From contig CAWBMN010000008.1 in NCBI GenBank assembly GCA_963789945.1, positions 131,144 through 195,143 on the forward strand: 64,000 bases of DNA, written 5' to 3'. The position numbers and the translations under genes are program-made. This DNA is from an uncultured beta proteobacterium. Its GTDB lineage: Bacteria > Pseudomonadota > Gammaproteobacteria > Burkholderiales > JACQAP01. The notes beneath the pieces were generated by a model. It ran no database searches, was not told the DNA's origin, and saw only the letters and a list, made by a program, of their open reading frames with translations. Of the stretch, positions 36,594 through 46,644 are shown piece by piece; within the stretch, counting starts at the first letter, position 1; each line of letters opens with the position of its first letter.

Positions 36594-38498
36594 GTGAAAA
36601 GAAGCCTTGCCGTACTGCTGTTCGCCTCCTGCGCCGCATTGGCTGCGCCCGACGACGAAGCTTTCCTCGAAGCGCGTGAAGCGTTCCAGCGTGGCGACAT
36701 CGCACGGCTGGACCAGGTTGCGAAGCAGCTCGACGACAACTATGCGCTGGCCCCGTATGTGCAGTACTGGCAACTGCGATCGCGCCTCGCCGATCTGTCT
36801 CCCGGCGAGATCCAGAACTTCCTGGCCGGTTACAAGAACAGCCTGGTTGCCGACCGGTTACGCGCGGACTGGTTGCGGCAACTGGCCAAGGATCGCGACT
36901 GGCCGGGGTTCCTGCGCGAATACCCGCAACTCACCACCGAAGACCCGGAACTGGTCTGCTTTGCCTATCAGGCACGTCTGGCACAGGGCGAATCCGGGAT
37001 ACTGACGCGGGCACGACCGCTATGGTTCACCGCACAGGTGCTCCCGGAGAGTTGCCTGCCCTTGTTCGAGTTGATGCTCAAGAACGACATGCTCACCGCC
37101 GAGGACACCTGGGTCAGGATCCGGCTTGCGCTGGAAATCGGCAACGTAAGCGGCGCCAAGATGTTGCTTGGTTATCTGCCGGCGGCACAACGCCCGGATC
37201 CGAAGTCCCTGGAATCGATCTCGCGCCGGCCGCAGCAATATCTGGACCGCGCCGCGCTGCCGTTGAAAACCCGTGGCCAGCGCGAACTGGCGATCTACGC
37301 GCTGTACAAGACCGCGGAGGGCTGGCCGCAGACCGCCGCCGAACGGCTGCCCAAGATTTCCAAGGATTGGCCGGACGCCGAACGCGAATACGCATGGGCG
37401 CAGATCGCCTCCGTCGCTGCGCGCAATCTTCATCCCGACCCTCTTCCCTGGTTCAGAAACGCCGCCAACGGCATGAACGATCGCCAGCTCACATGGCGTG
37501 CCCGCGCCGCGCTGCGCGCCGGCGACTGGAACGAGGTGCTTGCCGCCATCGAGGCGATGTCGCCGGGGGAATACAAATGGCCGCAATGGCGCTACTGGAA
37601 GGCGCGCGCGTTGTCGGCGCTGGGCCGCGAGTCCGAAGCCAACGCGTTGCTGGCGCCGCTTTCCAACCAGTTCAACTTCTACGGCCAGCTCGCTGCGGAG
37701 GAACTGGGCACCTCGATCAGCACGGTGCCGCAGACCTATCGGCCTGACGACGACGAGGTCGAGGCGATTGCGAAGGAACCGGGCATCGTGCGTGCGCTAA
37801 AGCTATATGAAATCGGCCTGCGCTACGAAGGCGCGCTGGAATGGCAGTGGGCCGTCAAGGACTATGAAGACAAGCAGTTGCTCGCCGCCGCCGAACTGGC
37901 ATCGCGGATCCAATGGTACGAACGCGCCATCGACACCGCAGAGCGCACCGTGTTGCTGCACGATTTCGGATTGCGCTACCCGACTCCGTATCGCGAGCTG
38001 GTGCAGGATTACGCCGGCCAGCTCGACCTCGACGAGGCTTGGGTCTACGGCCTGGTGCGCCAGGAGAGCCGCTTCGTGCACACTGCCCGGTCCACCGCCG
38101 GCGCCAGCGGGTTGATGCAGTTGATGCCGTCCACCGCGCGCTGGGTGGCGAAGCGCCTGGGCCTGAGCGGCCATCACGGCACGCTCACTTCAACGGCGGA
38201 CTCCAACATCGTGCTGGGCACCTATTATCTGCGCGAGATGATGGATTCGCTGGACAATCAAATGGTGCTCGCCTCCGCCGGTTACAACGCCGGCCCGCGA
38301 CGCGCGCGCGAGTGGATCGCCAGCCGCGCACTCGAGGGTGCGGTCTATATCGAGACCATCCCCTTCTCCGAAACGCGCGAGTATGTCAAGCGGGTCATGA
38401 ACAATACGCTGTATTATGCGCGGCTGTTGCGGCAGCCGGGACCCAGCCTGCGCGAGCGGCTCGGCACCATCCCGGCCAGGATGCCGCAGAACAACTGA
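36594..38498 (+). CDS. slt: soluble lytic murein transglycosylase (Slt70 family)
   Basis: GTG start with a signal peptide, 634 aa. Superhelical N-domain plus a C-terminal SLT domain (ESRF...GLMQLMPSTA...AGYNAGP). Confidence 0.9.
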   Translation: MKRSLAVLLFASCAALAAPDDEAFLEAREAFQRGDIARLDQVAKQLDDNYALAPYVQYWQLRSRLADLSPGEIQNFLAGYKNSLVADRLRADWLRQLAKDRDWPGFLREYPQLTTEDPELVCFAYQARLAQGESGILTRARPLWFTAQVLPESCLPLFELMLKNDMLTAEDTWVRIRLALEIGNVSGAKMLLGYLPAAQRPDPKSLESISRRPQQYLDRAALPLKTRGQRELAIYALYKTAEGWPQTAAERLPKISKDWPDAEREYAWAQIASVAARNLHPDPLPWFRNAANGMNDRQLTWRARAALRAGDWNEVLAAIEAMSPGEYKWPQWRYWKARALSALGRESEANALLAPLSNQFNFYGQLAAEELGTSISTVPQTYRPDDDEVEAIAKEPGIVRALKLYEIGLRYEGALEWQWAVKDYEDKQLLAAAELASRIQWYERAIDTAERTVLLHDFGLRYPTPYRELVQDYAGQLDLDEAWVYGLVRQESRFVHTARSTAGASGLMQLMPSTARWVAKRLGLSGHHGTLTSTADSNIVLGTYYLREMMDSLDNQMVLASAGYNAGPRRAREWIASRALEGAVYIETIPFSETREYVKRVMNNTLYYARLLRQPGPSLRERLGTIPARMPQNN

Positions 38499-38567
38499 GC
38501 CTCGGGTCTGCGCACCCTGTATTTGCGCGCTGCGGGGATCCCGGAGAAGATCCTTCGTATCGAAAGC

Positions 38568-39518
38568 ATGAAAATCAACTCGGTATGCGTCATTGGAGGC
38601 GCCGGTTTTCTGGGCCGCCATATTGCCCGTCAGCTCGCCGACCTCGGAATCCGCGTGCGGGTACCCACCCGCCATCGCGAACGCGCCAAGCAGCTCATCG
38701 TCCTGCCTACGGTGGACGTGATCACTGCGGATGTGAACGATCCGGCCACGCTCTCGCGCCTGGTTGCCGGCAACGATGCGGTGGTGAGTCTGGCCGGCAT
38801 CCTGCACGAGAGGCGCAAGGGCGACTTCGCCCGCACCCATACCGAACTGCCGCGGAAAATCGTGGATGCCTGCCGCGAGCAGGGCGTGCGCCGGCTGCTG
38901 CACGTTTCTGCGCTCGGGGCGGCGCACGACGCGCCGAGCGAATACTTGCGCTCGAAGGCCGGCGGTGAACAGCGCATTCGCGTGGCGCAGGCCGCTGGCA
39001 TCCGCACCACGATCTTCCGTCCTTCGGTGATCTTCGGGCGCGAGGACAGCTTTCTCAATCTGTTCGCGCGCCTGGCCCGCAGTCTGCCGGTGATCGTGCT
39101 GGCAAGCCCGAAGGCGCGCTTCCAACCTGTGTTCGTCGAGGATGTGGCGCGTGCCGTAGTGCTGAGCCTCGGGGAAGCACGCACCGCCGACCAGAGTTAT
39201 GACCTTTGCGGCCCGGGGATCTACACATTGCAGGGGTTGGTCGAGTACGTCTGCCGCGTGCTCGGACTCCAACGGCCGGTTATCCCGCTCAACGACCCGC
39301 TTTCCTACCTGCAGGCGTGGATGATGGAGTGGCTGCCGGTGAAGCTGATGACGCGGGACAACTTTTACTCGATGAAAGTGGACAGTGTATGTGCCTGCCC
39401 GTTTCCCGGCGTGTTCGGTTTCGAGCCGACACCGCTCGAGGCAGTGGTGCCACTTTATCTCGCCGAAAATACCACGAGGGCAAGAAACCGATGGTTCCGA
39501 TTCCGCGCCCGTCGTTGA
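38568..39518 (+). CDS. NAD(P)H-binding NDUFA9-like / NmrA-type epimerase family protein
   Basis: ATG at 38568, MKINSVCVIGGAGFLGRHIARQL (Rossmann GxxGxxG), 316 aa. Confidence 0.8.
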   Translation: MKINSVCVIGGAGFLGRHIARQLADLGIRVRVPTRHRERAKQLIVLPTVDVITADVNDPATLSRLVAGNDAVVSLAGILHERRKGDFARTHTELPRKIVDACREQGVRRLLHVSALGAAHDAPSEYLRSKAGGEQRIRVAQAAGIRTTIFRPSVIFGREDSFLNLFARLARSLPVIVLASPKARFQPVFVEDVARAVVLSLGEARTADQSYDLCGPGIYTLQGLVEYVCRVLGLQRPVIPLNDPLSYLQAWMMEWLPVKLMTRDNFYSMKVDSVCACPFPGVFGFEPTPLEAVVPLYLAENTTRARNRWFRFRARR

Positions 39519-39566
39519 TTTTCAAACTACGCGTTTCCGTACCGCGCCTTTGTCAGGAGCTGATCA

Positions 39567-40220
39567 ATGTCCAATTCCACCCTGGTAATCGGCAACAAGG
39601 CCTACTCCTCCTGGTCGTTGCGTCCATGGCTGCTGATGAAGCACGCCGGAATCGCCTTTGACGAAGTTCGCATTCCGCTCTATCGCCAGGATAGCAAGCA
39701 GACGATCCTGAGTTACTCGCCCGCCGGCCGCGTACCCGTGCTGGTGGACGACAGCCTGACGGTGTGGGACTCGCTGGCAATCTGCGAATATCTGGTCGAA
39801 AAGCATCCGGAGAAGCGGCTTTGGCCGGCCGATACCCGGGCACGGGCCAACGCTCGCTCGATCAGCGCCGAAATGCATTCCGGATTCGTCCATCTGCGCG
39901 GCCAGATGGCGATGAACGTGCGCCGCCGGATGCCCGGGCGCGGCAGAACACCCGAGGTGCTGGCCGAGATTTCACGCATCCAGGCGATGTGGAACGACTG
40001 CCGCGCACGCTTCGGCGCCGACGGGCCGTTTCTGTACGGCGAGTTTTCCGTGGCCGACGCCATGTATGCCCCGGTAGTGTCGCGCTTTTTCACTTACGAA
40101 GTGGAACTTCAAGGGGACGCGCGTGAGTATGCCGAGTTCGTGTACGCGCTTGCGGCAATGCAGGAGTGGATCACCGGGGCGAATTCCGAGACCGAGGTCA
40201 TCTCCGAATACGAACCATGA
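39567..40220 (+). CDS. glutathione S-transferase family protein
   Basis: 217 aa, N-terminal thioredoxin-like fold with SSWSLRPW, plus a GST C-domain. Confidence 0.85.
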   Translation: MSNSTLVIGNKAYSSWSLRPWLLMKHAGIAFDEVRIPLYRQDSKQTILSYSPAGRVPVLVDDSLTVWDSLAICEYLVEKHPEKRLWPADTRARANARSISAEMHSGFVHLRGQMAMNVRRRMPGRGRTPEVLAEISRIQAMWNDCRARFGADGPFLYGEFSVADAMYAPVVSRFFTYEVELQGDAREYAEFVYALAAMQEWITGANSETEVISEYEP

Positions 40221-41440
40221 AGATCTACGCCGTCGGCGGTGCGGTCAGGGACCGTCTGCTAGGGCTCGCGGTGGCGGACCAGGATTACGTCGTGGTCGGC
40301 GCCACCCCCGAACAGATGGAGCGACTGGGCTACCGTCCTGTGGGCAGGGATTTCCCGGTTTTCCTGCATCCGCAGACCCACGAGGAGTACGCGCTGGCGC
40401 GAACCGAAAGGAAGACCGCGCGCGGCTACAGGGGTTTTGAAATCTATGCCGCGCCGGAGGTGACGCTGGAGCAGGACCTGGCGCGCCGGGACCTCACCGT
40501 CAACGCGATCGCGCGCGACCAGCAGGGCAACATTATTGATCCCTTTCGTGGTGTGGCCGACCTCAAGGCGGGGATATTGCGCCACGTCAGCCCGGCATTC
40601 GCCGAGGATCCGGTACGGGTGCTGCGCGTGGCACGTTTTGCCGCCCGCTTCGGTTTCACCGTCGCGCCCGAGACGCAGGCTCTGATACGGGAGATGGTCC
40701 GCAACGGCGAAGTGGATCACCTGGTCGCGGAACGCGCCTGGCAGGAAATATCCCGCGGACTGATGGAAGCCACGCCCTCGCGCATGTTCCTGACGCTGCG
40801 TGAGTGCGGGGCGCTGGCGCGGATCCTTCCCGAAATCGATGCGCTGTTCGGCGTGCCGCAGCCGCCGGAGCATCACCCGGAAGTGGACACCGGGGTGCAC
40901 ATCATGCTGGTGGCCGATTACGCTGCCTCCCGGAACTTCCCGCTGCCGGTGCGCTTTGCCGCGCTCACCCATGATCTGGGCAAGGGCGTGACTCCGAAGG
41001 CGCTGTGGCCGAAGCACCATGGCCACGAGCAAAAGAGCGTCGAACTTGTCGGGAAGTTATGCCAACGGCTGCGCGCGCCGAACGAATGCCGCGATCTGGC
41101 GGTGCTGGTGGCGCGTTACCACGGCGACGTGCATCGCGCCGAAGAGTTGCGACCGGGGACGATACTTAAGCTGCTTGCGGCAACCGATGTATTTCGTAAA
41201 CCGGAGCGATTCGGGGAATTCGTAGACGCCTGCGAATGCGACTTTCGCGGCCGACCCGGTTATGAGCAGCGTCCGTATCCGCCCAAGGACATTCTGCAAT
41301 TCGCCGCCGCTGCCGCCCGCGCGGTGGACGCGGGCGCAATCGCGCTTGAAACTGGAGACCCGAGCCGGATTCCCGCTGCAATCGAGGCCGCCCGCCTGAA
41401 AGCCGTTACCGAGGCCCTGGCGGGTACGCGTCAACGCTGA
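40217..41440 (+). CDS. cca: multifunctional CCA-adding enzyme (tRNA nucleotidyltransferase / phosphohydrolase)
   Basis: The ATG at 40217 overlaps the gst stop (ATGA). [16 protein letters not shown]..., with a C-terminal HD domain (THDLGK). 407 aa. Confidence 0.93.
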   Translation: MKIYAVGGAVRDRLLGLAVADQDYVVVGATPEQMERLGYRPVGRDFPVFLHPQTHEEYALARTERKTARGYRGFEIYAAPEVTLEQDLARRDLTVNAIARDQQGNIIDPFRGVADLKAGILRHVSPAFAEDPVRVLRVARFAARFGFTVAPETQALIREMVRNGEVDHLVAERAWQEISRGLMEATPSRMFLTLRECGALARILPEIDALFGVPQPPEHHPEVDTGVHIMLVADYAASRNFPLPVRFAALTHDLGKGVTPKALWPKHHGHEQKSVELVGKLCQRLRAPNECRDLAVLVARYHGDVHRAEELRPGTILKLLAATDVFRKPERFGEFVDACECDFRGRPGYEQRPYPPKDILQFAAAAARAVDAGAIALETGDPSRIPAAIEAARLKAVTEALAGTRQR

Positions 41441-41489
41441 CCCGGTACGAGCCGTTGTTGCGGGGTCATCAACCCCAACGGAGGCTCAA

Positions 41490-41951
41490 ATGATTGTACT
41501 CAGGCTGGCAACAGCGCTCGCGGCTGCAGGCGCGCTTTTCATCCCACTTCATGCGGTGTACGCCGGGGAACACGGTTCCCGCATGGAGGCACACTTCAAG
41601 GCAGCAGACAAGGACAACGACGGCAGCCTGACTCGTGAAGAAGCTACCGCGATGCCACGGGTGGCAAAGAACTTCGACGCCATCGACGCCGACAAAAACG
41701 GCACCGTCACCCTGGATGAACTTCAGGCCACGATGAATAGAATGGCCAAGGATATGCACGAACGCGGCGCGCAGCGCTTCAAGGCAGCCGACAGCAATGG
41801 CGACGGCACGCTCGACAAGGACGAAGCCAAGGCCATGCCCCGGGTTGCGAAGAATTTCGATGCGATCGACGCCGACAAGAGCGGCGCCGTCACCTGGAAG
41901 GAAATTCACAATTACATGATGGCGCACCGTCAGGACCGCAAGAAAAGCTGA
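41490..41951 (+). CDS. secreted EF-hand calcium-binding protein (4 EF loops)
   Basis: Signal peptide, then the loops DKDNDGSLTREE, DADKNGTVTLDE, DSNGDGTLDKDE and DADKSGAVTWKE. Confidence 0.85.
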   Translation: MIVLRLATALAAAGALFIPLHAVYAGEHGSRMEAHFKAADKDNDGSLTREEATAMPRVAKNFDAIDADKNGTVTLDELQATMNRMAKDMHERGAQRFKAADSNGDGTLDKDEAKAMPRVAKNFDAIDADKSGAVTWKEIHNYMMAHRQDRKKS

Positions 41952-41970
41952 ACACCACTGTTGCGGAATG

Positions 41971-42000
41971 AGAAACGGACAGGCTCGCCTGTCCGTTTCT
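41971..42000. terminator. hairpin between convergent genes (possible bidirectional terminator)
   Basis: A perfect 13-bp stem, AGAAACGGACAGG-ctcg-CCTGTCCGTTTCT. The T-run is weak. Confidence 0.55.
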
Positions 42001-42197
42001 TATCTCAGCATCCAGAAGATCAGGCTCGCCAGCAGCGACAGCAATACGGTGGACCCGATCGGAAAAGAGTATTGCCTGCCGTTGCGCTGGATATCGATGT
42101 CGCCGGGCAGGCGCCCGAATCCGATTTTTCGCAACCAGGGCGACAACGCACCCAGCAGCAACAGCGCAATGACCAGCGTCAGCAGCCATTTCAGCAC
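42000..42197 (-). CDS. DUF2905 family small membrane protein
   Basis: GGAGAG RBS and GTG at 42197. MLKWLLTLVIALLLLGALSPWLRKIGFGRLPGDIDIQRNG..., 65 aa. Confidence 0.75.
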   Translation of the reverse strand: MLKWLLTLVIALLLLGALSPWLRKIGFGRLPGDIDIQRNGRQYSFPIGSTVLLSLLASLIFWMLR

Positions 42198-42272
42198 TTC
42201 ACTCTCCGTTCGTCCGGAAACACAAAAATCCCGACACGAAGGCATGGCGGGAGGCAAGACAAAACCAGGTTT

Positions 42273-42400
42273 CCCGAAGGAAAAACGCAAATAAGCGAGA
42301 AGAAATTCCCGTTTTCGGCATATCCGCCGGCACGTGGCGCAACGCTCGTGTCCGCACCAAATCCGGTTTTCTTCGTGTTATTCGTGCCTTCGTGGCAAGC
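42273..42400. repeat. degenerate CACGAAG-array inverted-repeat element, copy D
   Basis: The right arm TTTTCTTCGTGTTATTCGTGCCTTCGTGGCAAGC (42367-42400) faces a decayed left arm CCCGAAGGAAAAACGCAAATAAGCGAGAAGAAA (42273-42305). Confidence 0.6.
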
Positions 42401-42480
42401 AAACGAGTCATGCATTATACGGGCGCGATTCCTGCTTTCCCTTAAAATTCGGCACACTTCCAACACATCAGGAGCGCAAG

Positions 42481-43104
42481 TTGATCGACCTGTACACGTG
42501 GAGTACGCCGAACGGCCGCAAGGTCTCCATCATGCTCGAAGAACTGGGATTGCCCTACACCGTACATGCGATCGATATCGGCAAAGGTGATCAGTTCCAG
42601 CCGGAATTCGTGGCCGTCAGTCCGAACAGCAAGATCCCTGCGATCGTGGACCATGAGGGACCGGAGGGCGTACCTTATTCCCTGTTCGAATCTGGAGCGA
42701 TCCTGCTCTATCTGGCAGATAAAACCGGCCGATTCCTGCCCACGCGGACGACCGGGCGTTTCGACGTCATGCAATGGCTGATGTTCCAGATGGGCGGAGT
42801 CGGCCCGATGTTCGGCCAGACCCACCACTTCCTGCGCGCAGCACCCGAACCGGTTCCTTACGCGATCGCGCGCTACAGCAAGGAAACGCGCAGGCTTTAT
42901 GGTGTGCTGGACCAGCGCCTGGCCGGCCGCGACTGGCTGGCGGACGACTATTCCGTGGCCGACATTGCAACGTATCCGTGGGTTGCACGCCATGACTGGC
43001 ACAAGGTCGAGCTGGCGGATTTTCCGAATGTCAAACGCTGGTTTGATGCGATCGGGGCGCGCCCGGCCGTGCAGCGCGGCATGAAGGTACCGGCGCCACG
43101 CTGA
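42481..43104 (+). CDS. glutathione S-transferase family protein (YghU/Nu-class-like)
   Basis: AGGAG-6 nt-TTG at 42481. [26 protein letters not shown]...[11 protein letters not shown]. 207 aa. Confidence 0.85.
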   Translation: MIDLYTWSTPNGRKVSIMLEELGLPYTVHAIDIGKGDQFQPEFVAVSPNSKIPAIVDHEGPEGVPYSLFESGAILLYLADKTGRFLPTRTTGRFDVMQWLMFQMGGVGPMFGQTHHFLRAAPEPVPYAIARYSKETRRLYGVLDQRLAGRDWLADDYSVADIATYPWVARHDWHKVELADFPNVKRWFDAIGARPAVQRGMKVPAPR

Positions 43105-43124
43105 CGCGACGCCACCGTGAATGC

Positions 43125-44411
43125 ATGAAAGACGCGATTCCCACAAAGATAGGCAAGTATCCGGTGAGCCGCGAAATCGGGCACGGCGCGACCAGCCGGG
43201 TCTTTTTGGGTCGTGATCCATTTGCCAAGCGGGATGTTGCGATAAAGCTGGTGAGCAACGAGTCCGGCGCGGGGACGGATTTGCGACGGCGCTTTCGCAA
43301 GGTTTTCATGAACGAGGCTTCGCTGGTCGGCAAGCTGATCCATCCGCACATCATGGCCATCTACGATGCCGACGTCGCGGACGACTACAGCTACATCGTC
43401 ATGGAGTACGTGGATGGCCCGACCCTGCAGCAATTCAGCACCGTAGCCAACCTTCTGCCGGTGGAGCGGGTGGTGGAAATTGCGTTCAAGTGCAGCCTGG
43501 CACTGGAATTCGCGCACCGGCGCGGGGTGATCCACCGCGATATCAAGCCGGCGAACATCCTGATCAGCGCGCAGGGCGACATCAAGATCAGTGATTTCGG
43601 CGTGGCACTGCAGGCGGAAGCCGAACACACCCATCTGCAGGGCGTCGGTTCACCGTCCTACATGTCTCCCGAGCAAGTGCAGGACAAGGAATTGTCGCAC
43701 CAGACCGACATTTACTCGCTGGGCGTGGTGATGTACCAGTTGCTGACCGGCAAGCTGCCATTCATCGCCGCCACCAAGGCAAGCCTGCTCTACCAGATCA
43801 TCAACATCGAGCCACTGCCGCCTTCCACGCATCGTACCGATATCTCGCCAGACCTCGACCGCGTGGTATTGCGCGCGCTCAACAAGGACGTAAAGAACCG
43901 TTACCAGACCTGGGGGGATTTCAGCCGCGACCTGACCCAGACCTACCGTCACCTGGAATTGCCGCCGGAGTCGATTTCCGACACCGAGAAGTTCAACGCC
44001 ATCAGGACCCTGCCCTTCTTCCGGGATTTCCGAGACGTAGAGGTCTGGGAGACCGTGCGCATTGCTTCCTTCAAGCGCATCCAGCCCGGCAAGACCGTGA
44101 TCCGCGAGGGCGATGTCGGCGAAAGTTTTTACATCATCGCCTCCGGCGAGGCGCTCGTAGCCAAGTCAGGGAACCAGCTCGACACGTTGCGCGCCGGCGA
44201 CTGCTTCGGCGAAATCCTCTACTTCGAAGATACCCGCGCGCGGCGGATTACCACCATTTCCTCCGCCACGCCTCTGGCGCTCATCGAGATCAAGGCCGCA
44301 GCATTGCAGAAAGCCACCGACGCCTGTCAGAAGCAGTTCAACCAAGCCTTCCTGCGCATCCTCATCGACCGGCTGACCTGGGCCAACAGCCGCCTCTCGG
44401 CCAGGGGTTAA
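43125..44411 (+). CDS. Hanks-type Ser/Thr protein kinase with a C-terminal cyclic-nucleotide-binding-like domain
   Basis: GHGATSRV, VAIK, HRDIKPANIL, DFG and SPSYMSPEQ. Residues ~300-420 are CAP_ED-like (GDCFGEILYF). Confidence 0.85.
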   Translation: MKDAIPTKIGKYPVSREIGHGATSRVFLGRDPFAKRDVAIKLVSNESGAGTDLRRRFRKVFMNEASLVGKLIHPHIMAIYDADVADDYSYIVMEYVDGPTLQQFSTVANLLPVERVVEIAFKCSLALEFAHRRGVIHRDIKPANILISAQGDIKISDFGVALQAEAEHTHLQGVGSPSYMSPEQVQDKELSHQTDIYSLGVVMYQLLTGKLPFIAATKASLLYQIINIEPLPPSTHRTDISPDLDRVVLRALNKDVKNRYQTWGDFSRDLTQTYRHLELPPESISDTEKFNAIRTLPFFRDFRDVEVWETVRIASFKRIQPGKTVIREGDVGESFYIIASGEALVAKSGNQLDTLRAGDCFGEILYFEDTRARRITTISSATPLALIEIKAAALQKATDACQKQFNQAFLRILIDRLTWANSRLSARG

Positions 44412-44425
44412 GATCTCAGGCTTGC

Positions 44426-44553
44426 GCCACAGAGATCACAGAGAACACGGAGAAAAACAAGACCGGGATCTCACCACGAAGGCACGAAGTCACGAAGAAA
44501 AATCAAGGGAACTCACTTCGAGTTCCAAAAAACGTTTCTTTGATCTCTGTGGT
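44426..44553. repeat. nested repeat, copy E: CACAGAG-array inverted repeat enclosing a solo CACGAAG arm
   Basis: The outer inverted repeat CCACAGAGATCACAGAGAA (44427-44445) pairs with TTTCTTTGATCTCTGTGG (44535-44552). The inner arm is TCTCACCACGAAGGCACGAAGTCACGAAGAAAAA (44469-44502). A 7-bp hairpin, GGAACTC-acttc-GAGTTCC, is also present. Confidence 0.7.
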
Positions 44554-44648
44554 TCAAGAATTGGAGGTCCTCAAGGCCGGTTCGAGGGTGCCGGAAATCG
44601 CAGCGATCGGAACGCTACAATGGCGCCTCTTTTTTCAGGACCGCTCTG

Positions 44649-45221
44649 ATGCAGGCATTCGTCACTTCGACGACACTGGTTGCGATCGCCGAGATGGGCG
44701 ATAAGACCCAACTTCTGTCCTTCGTGCTCGCCGCGCGCCTGCGCAAGCCCTGGCCGATCATCGCCGGAATCCTGGTCGCAACGCTGGCAAATCACGCGCT
44801 TGCTGGCTGGGCCGGAAGCCTGCTCGCCGGCCTGGTACCGGAGGCGCCGCTCATCTGGATCGTGGGTTTGTCCTTCATCGCCTTCGGGCTTTGGGCTTTG
44901 CATCCGGATGCGCTCGACGGCTCACCCGCTGTCCTCAAGTCCGGAGTATTCGTTACCGCTTTTGTGGCCTTCTTCCTAGCCGAGATCGGTGACAAGACGC
45001 AACTCGCCACGGTGGCACTGGCGGCGCGCTTCGATGCGCTGGCACAGGTCATCGCCGGCACTACGCTGGGCATGATGATCGCCAATGTTCCGGCGGTGTG
45101 GATCGGCGACCGCCTGGCACAACGGATCCCCATGAAAGCCGTGCGCATGCTTGCCGCCGCGCTTTTCATTGTGGTGGGCGTGTTCACACTGTGGAGCACC
45201 TCCGTTTCACCATGGCGCTGA
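44649..45221 (+). CDS. UPF0016 (GDT1/TMEM165/MneA) family putative Mn2+/Ca2+ transporter
   Basis: 190 aa with two E-x-G-D-(KR)-(TS) motifs (AEMGDKTQ and AEIGDKTQ). Confidence 0.85.
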   Translation: MQAFVTSTTLVAIAEMGDKTQLLSFVLAARLRKPWPIIAGILVATLANHALAGWAGSLLAGLVPEAPLIWIVGLSFIAFGLWALHPDALDGSPAVLKSGVFVTAFVAFFLAEIGDKTQLATVALAARFDALAQVIAGTTLGMMIANVPAVWIGDRLAQRIPMKAVRMLAAALFIVVGVFTLWSTSVSPWR

Positions 45222-45427
45222 CGAAGAATCCCGTGGAGAACCGGCGCTGCCTCGACTGTGGCAGGGAGTTTCATTGCGGGATCGCAACCGGCACGCCGTG
45301 CTGGTGCGCTACCGAGTTTCCGGCGCTGATGCCGCTGACCGATGCCGCGGCCGGCTGCTACTGCCGGGAATGCCTGGGAAAGCGGATCAGCGAGCGGCAA
45401 GCAGCCGGGCGCAAGCCCCTTACTTGA
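45212..45427 (+). CDS. cysteine-rich CWC family protein
   Basis: The ATG at 45212 overlaps the previous stop. CLDCGREFHCG...PCWCATEF...CYCRECL. 71 aa. Confidence 0.7.
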   Translation: MALTKNPVENRRCLDCGREFHCGIATGTPCWCATEFPALMPLTDAAAGCYCRECLGKRISERQAAGRKPLT

Positions 45428-45845
45428 TCAGCAGCACCGGAATGTCGGCGAGATGGACAACTTTGGTGGCCACCGAGCCGAGCAGCGCGCCGGCGAAACT
45501 GCCGCGCCCGCGCGTGCCGATCACGATCTGCCGGCACTGCTTGTCTTTGGCGTAGGCCGTGATGGTGCCGGCCAGGTCGCCTACGCCGATGTGGTGCTGA
45601 TAGGACACGCCGGCCTGATCCAGCAACGCGCGGGCATCCTTCAGCGCCGCCACGCCTTCATCGCGGTAGAAGTCGTTCAGTTGCTGCTGGCTGATGAACA
45701 TCTTTACCGCACCCGAGGCGACCGGAAGCTGCACGTTGAGCAGATGGACCTCGATTGGATCGCTGTATTGCTCCTTCATCGCGATGACGTGTTGCACCGC
45801 GCGCAACGAATTTTCAGAACCGTCCACCGGCAGCAGAATTTTCAT
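45420..45845 (-). CDS. universal stress protein (UspA family)
   Basis: AGGAG RBS. M(M)KILLPVDGSENSLRAV...GTRGRGSFAGALLGSVATKV. The start is at 45845 or 45848. Confidence 0.88.
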   Translation of the reverse strand: MKILLPVDGSENSLRAVQHVIAMKEQYSDPIEVHLLNVQLPVASGAVKMFISQQQLNDFYRDEGVAALKDARALLDQAGVSYQHHIGVGDLAGTITAYAKDKQCRQIVIGTRGRGSFAGALLGSVATKVVHLADIPVLLIK

Positions 45846-45855
45846 CATTACTCCT

Positions 45856-46605
45856 TCATTCAGGATTGTGGCGCGGCGCCGCGCTCGCGCGTTCGGCGAG
45901 GTCCACCACGCTTTCAGGTCTGGCGCGAGCGGGCTCCGCCCGCAGCGACAGCAGCTTGCCGACCGCCACCACCAAAGCCGCACCCGCTGCCGGCGCCACC
46001 CAGTTCAGCCACGCGGGCTGTGCCATCATCCAGTCCTTCATCACAGGGTCATGCACCGCCATCGACAGTCCCACCCATCCCAGCAATGCGCCGCCCAATA
46101 CGATGACCGACGGGAAGCGATCCATCAGACGCAGGATCAACTGGCTCGCCCATACCATTAGCGGGATGCTCAACGCCAGGCCAAAGATCAGCAGAAACAG
46201 GCTGTCGTGCGCGGCGGCCGCCACCGCGATTACATTGTCCAAGCTCATCACCAGGTCGGCGATGATGATGGTGCGAATCGCGCCGAGCAGGTTTCCGGCC
46301 GCCTTGATTTCGTGCCCTTCGCTTTGGTGCTGAGGCTGGATCAGCTTGACGCCGATCCAGAGCAACAGTGCTGCGCCGATGATCTTGAGATAGGAGATGG
46401 CCAGCAGGCTCACCGCAAAAAAAGTAAGCGTCACCCGCAGCATGATGGCGCCGGCCACGCCCCAGAAAACACCCAGCCTGCGCTGGCGCGGCGGAAGATT
46501 GCGGCAGGCCAGCGCGATCACCACTGCGTTGTCACCGCTCAGCAGAATGTCGATGAGGATGATCTGCAGAACGGCGACCCAGAATTGCGGACTGCTCAGA
46601 TCCAT
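45856..46605 (-). CDS. TerC/YjbE family integral membrane protein
   Basis: 249 aa, LSGDNAVVIAL and SLDNVIAVAA repeats. Confidence 0.88.
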   Translation of the reverse strand: MDLSSPQFWVAVLQIILIDILLSGDNAVVIALACRNLPPRQRRLGVFWGVAGAIMLRVTLTFFAVSLLAISYLKIIGAALLLWIGVKLIQPQHQSEGHEIKAAGNLLGAIRTIIIADLVMSLDNVIAVAAAAHDSLFLLIFGLALSIPLMVWASQLILRLMDRFPSVIVLGGALLGWVGLSMAVHDPVMKDWMMAQPAWLNWVAPAAGAALVVAVGKLLSLRAEPARARPESVVDLAERASAAPRHNPE

Positions 46606-46644
46606 GACGGGTTCGAGTGGATTTGCTGCGGGAAAATCAGGTGT

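Noticed and set aside
46606-46644. yybP-ykoY (Mn) riboswitch upstream of terC, and likewise upstream of the UPF0016 gene (44412-44648)
   Set aside because: The terC leader is only 39 nt. The UPF0016 leader is occupied by the repeat element, and I could not recognise the conserved riboswitch helices or loops.
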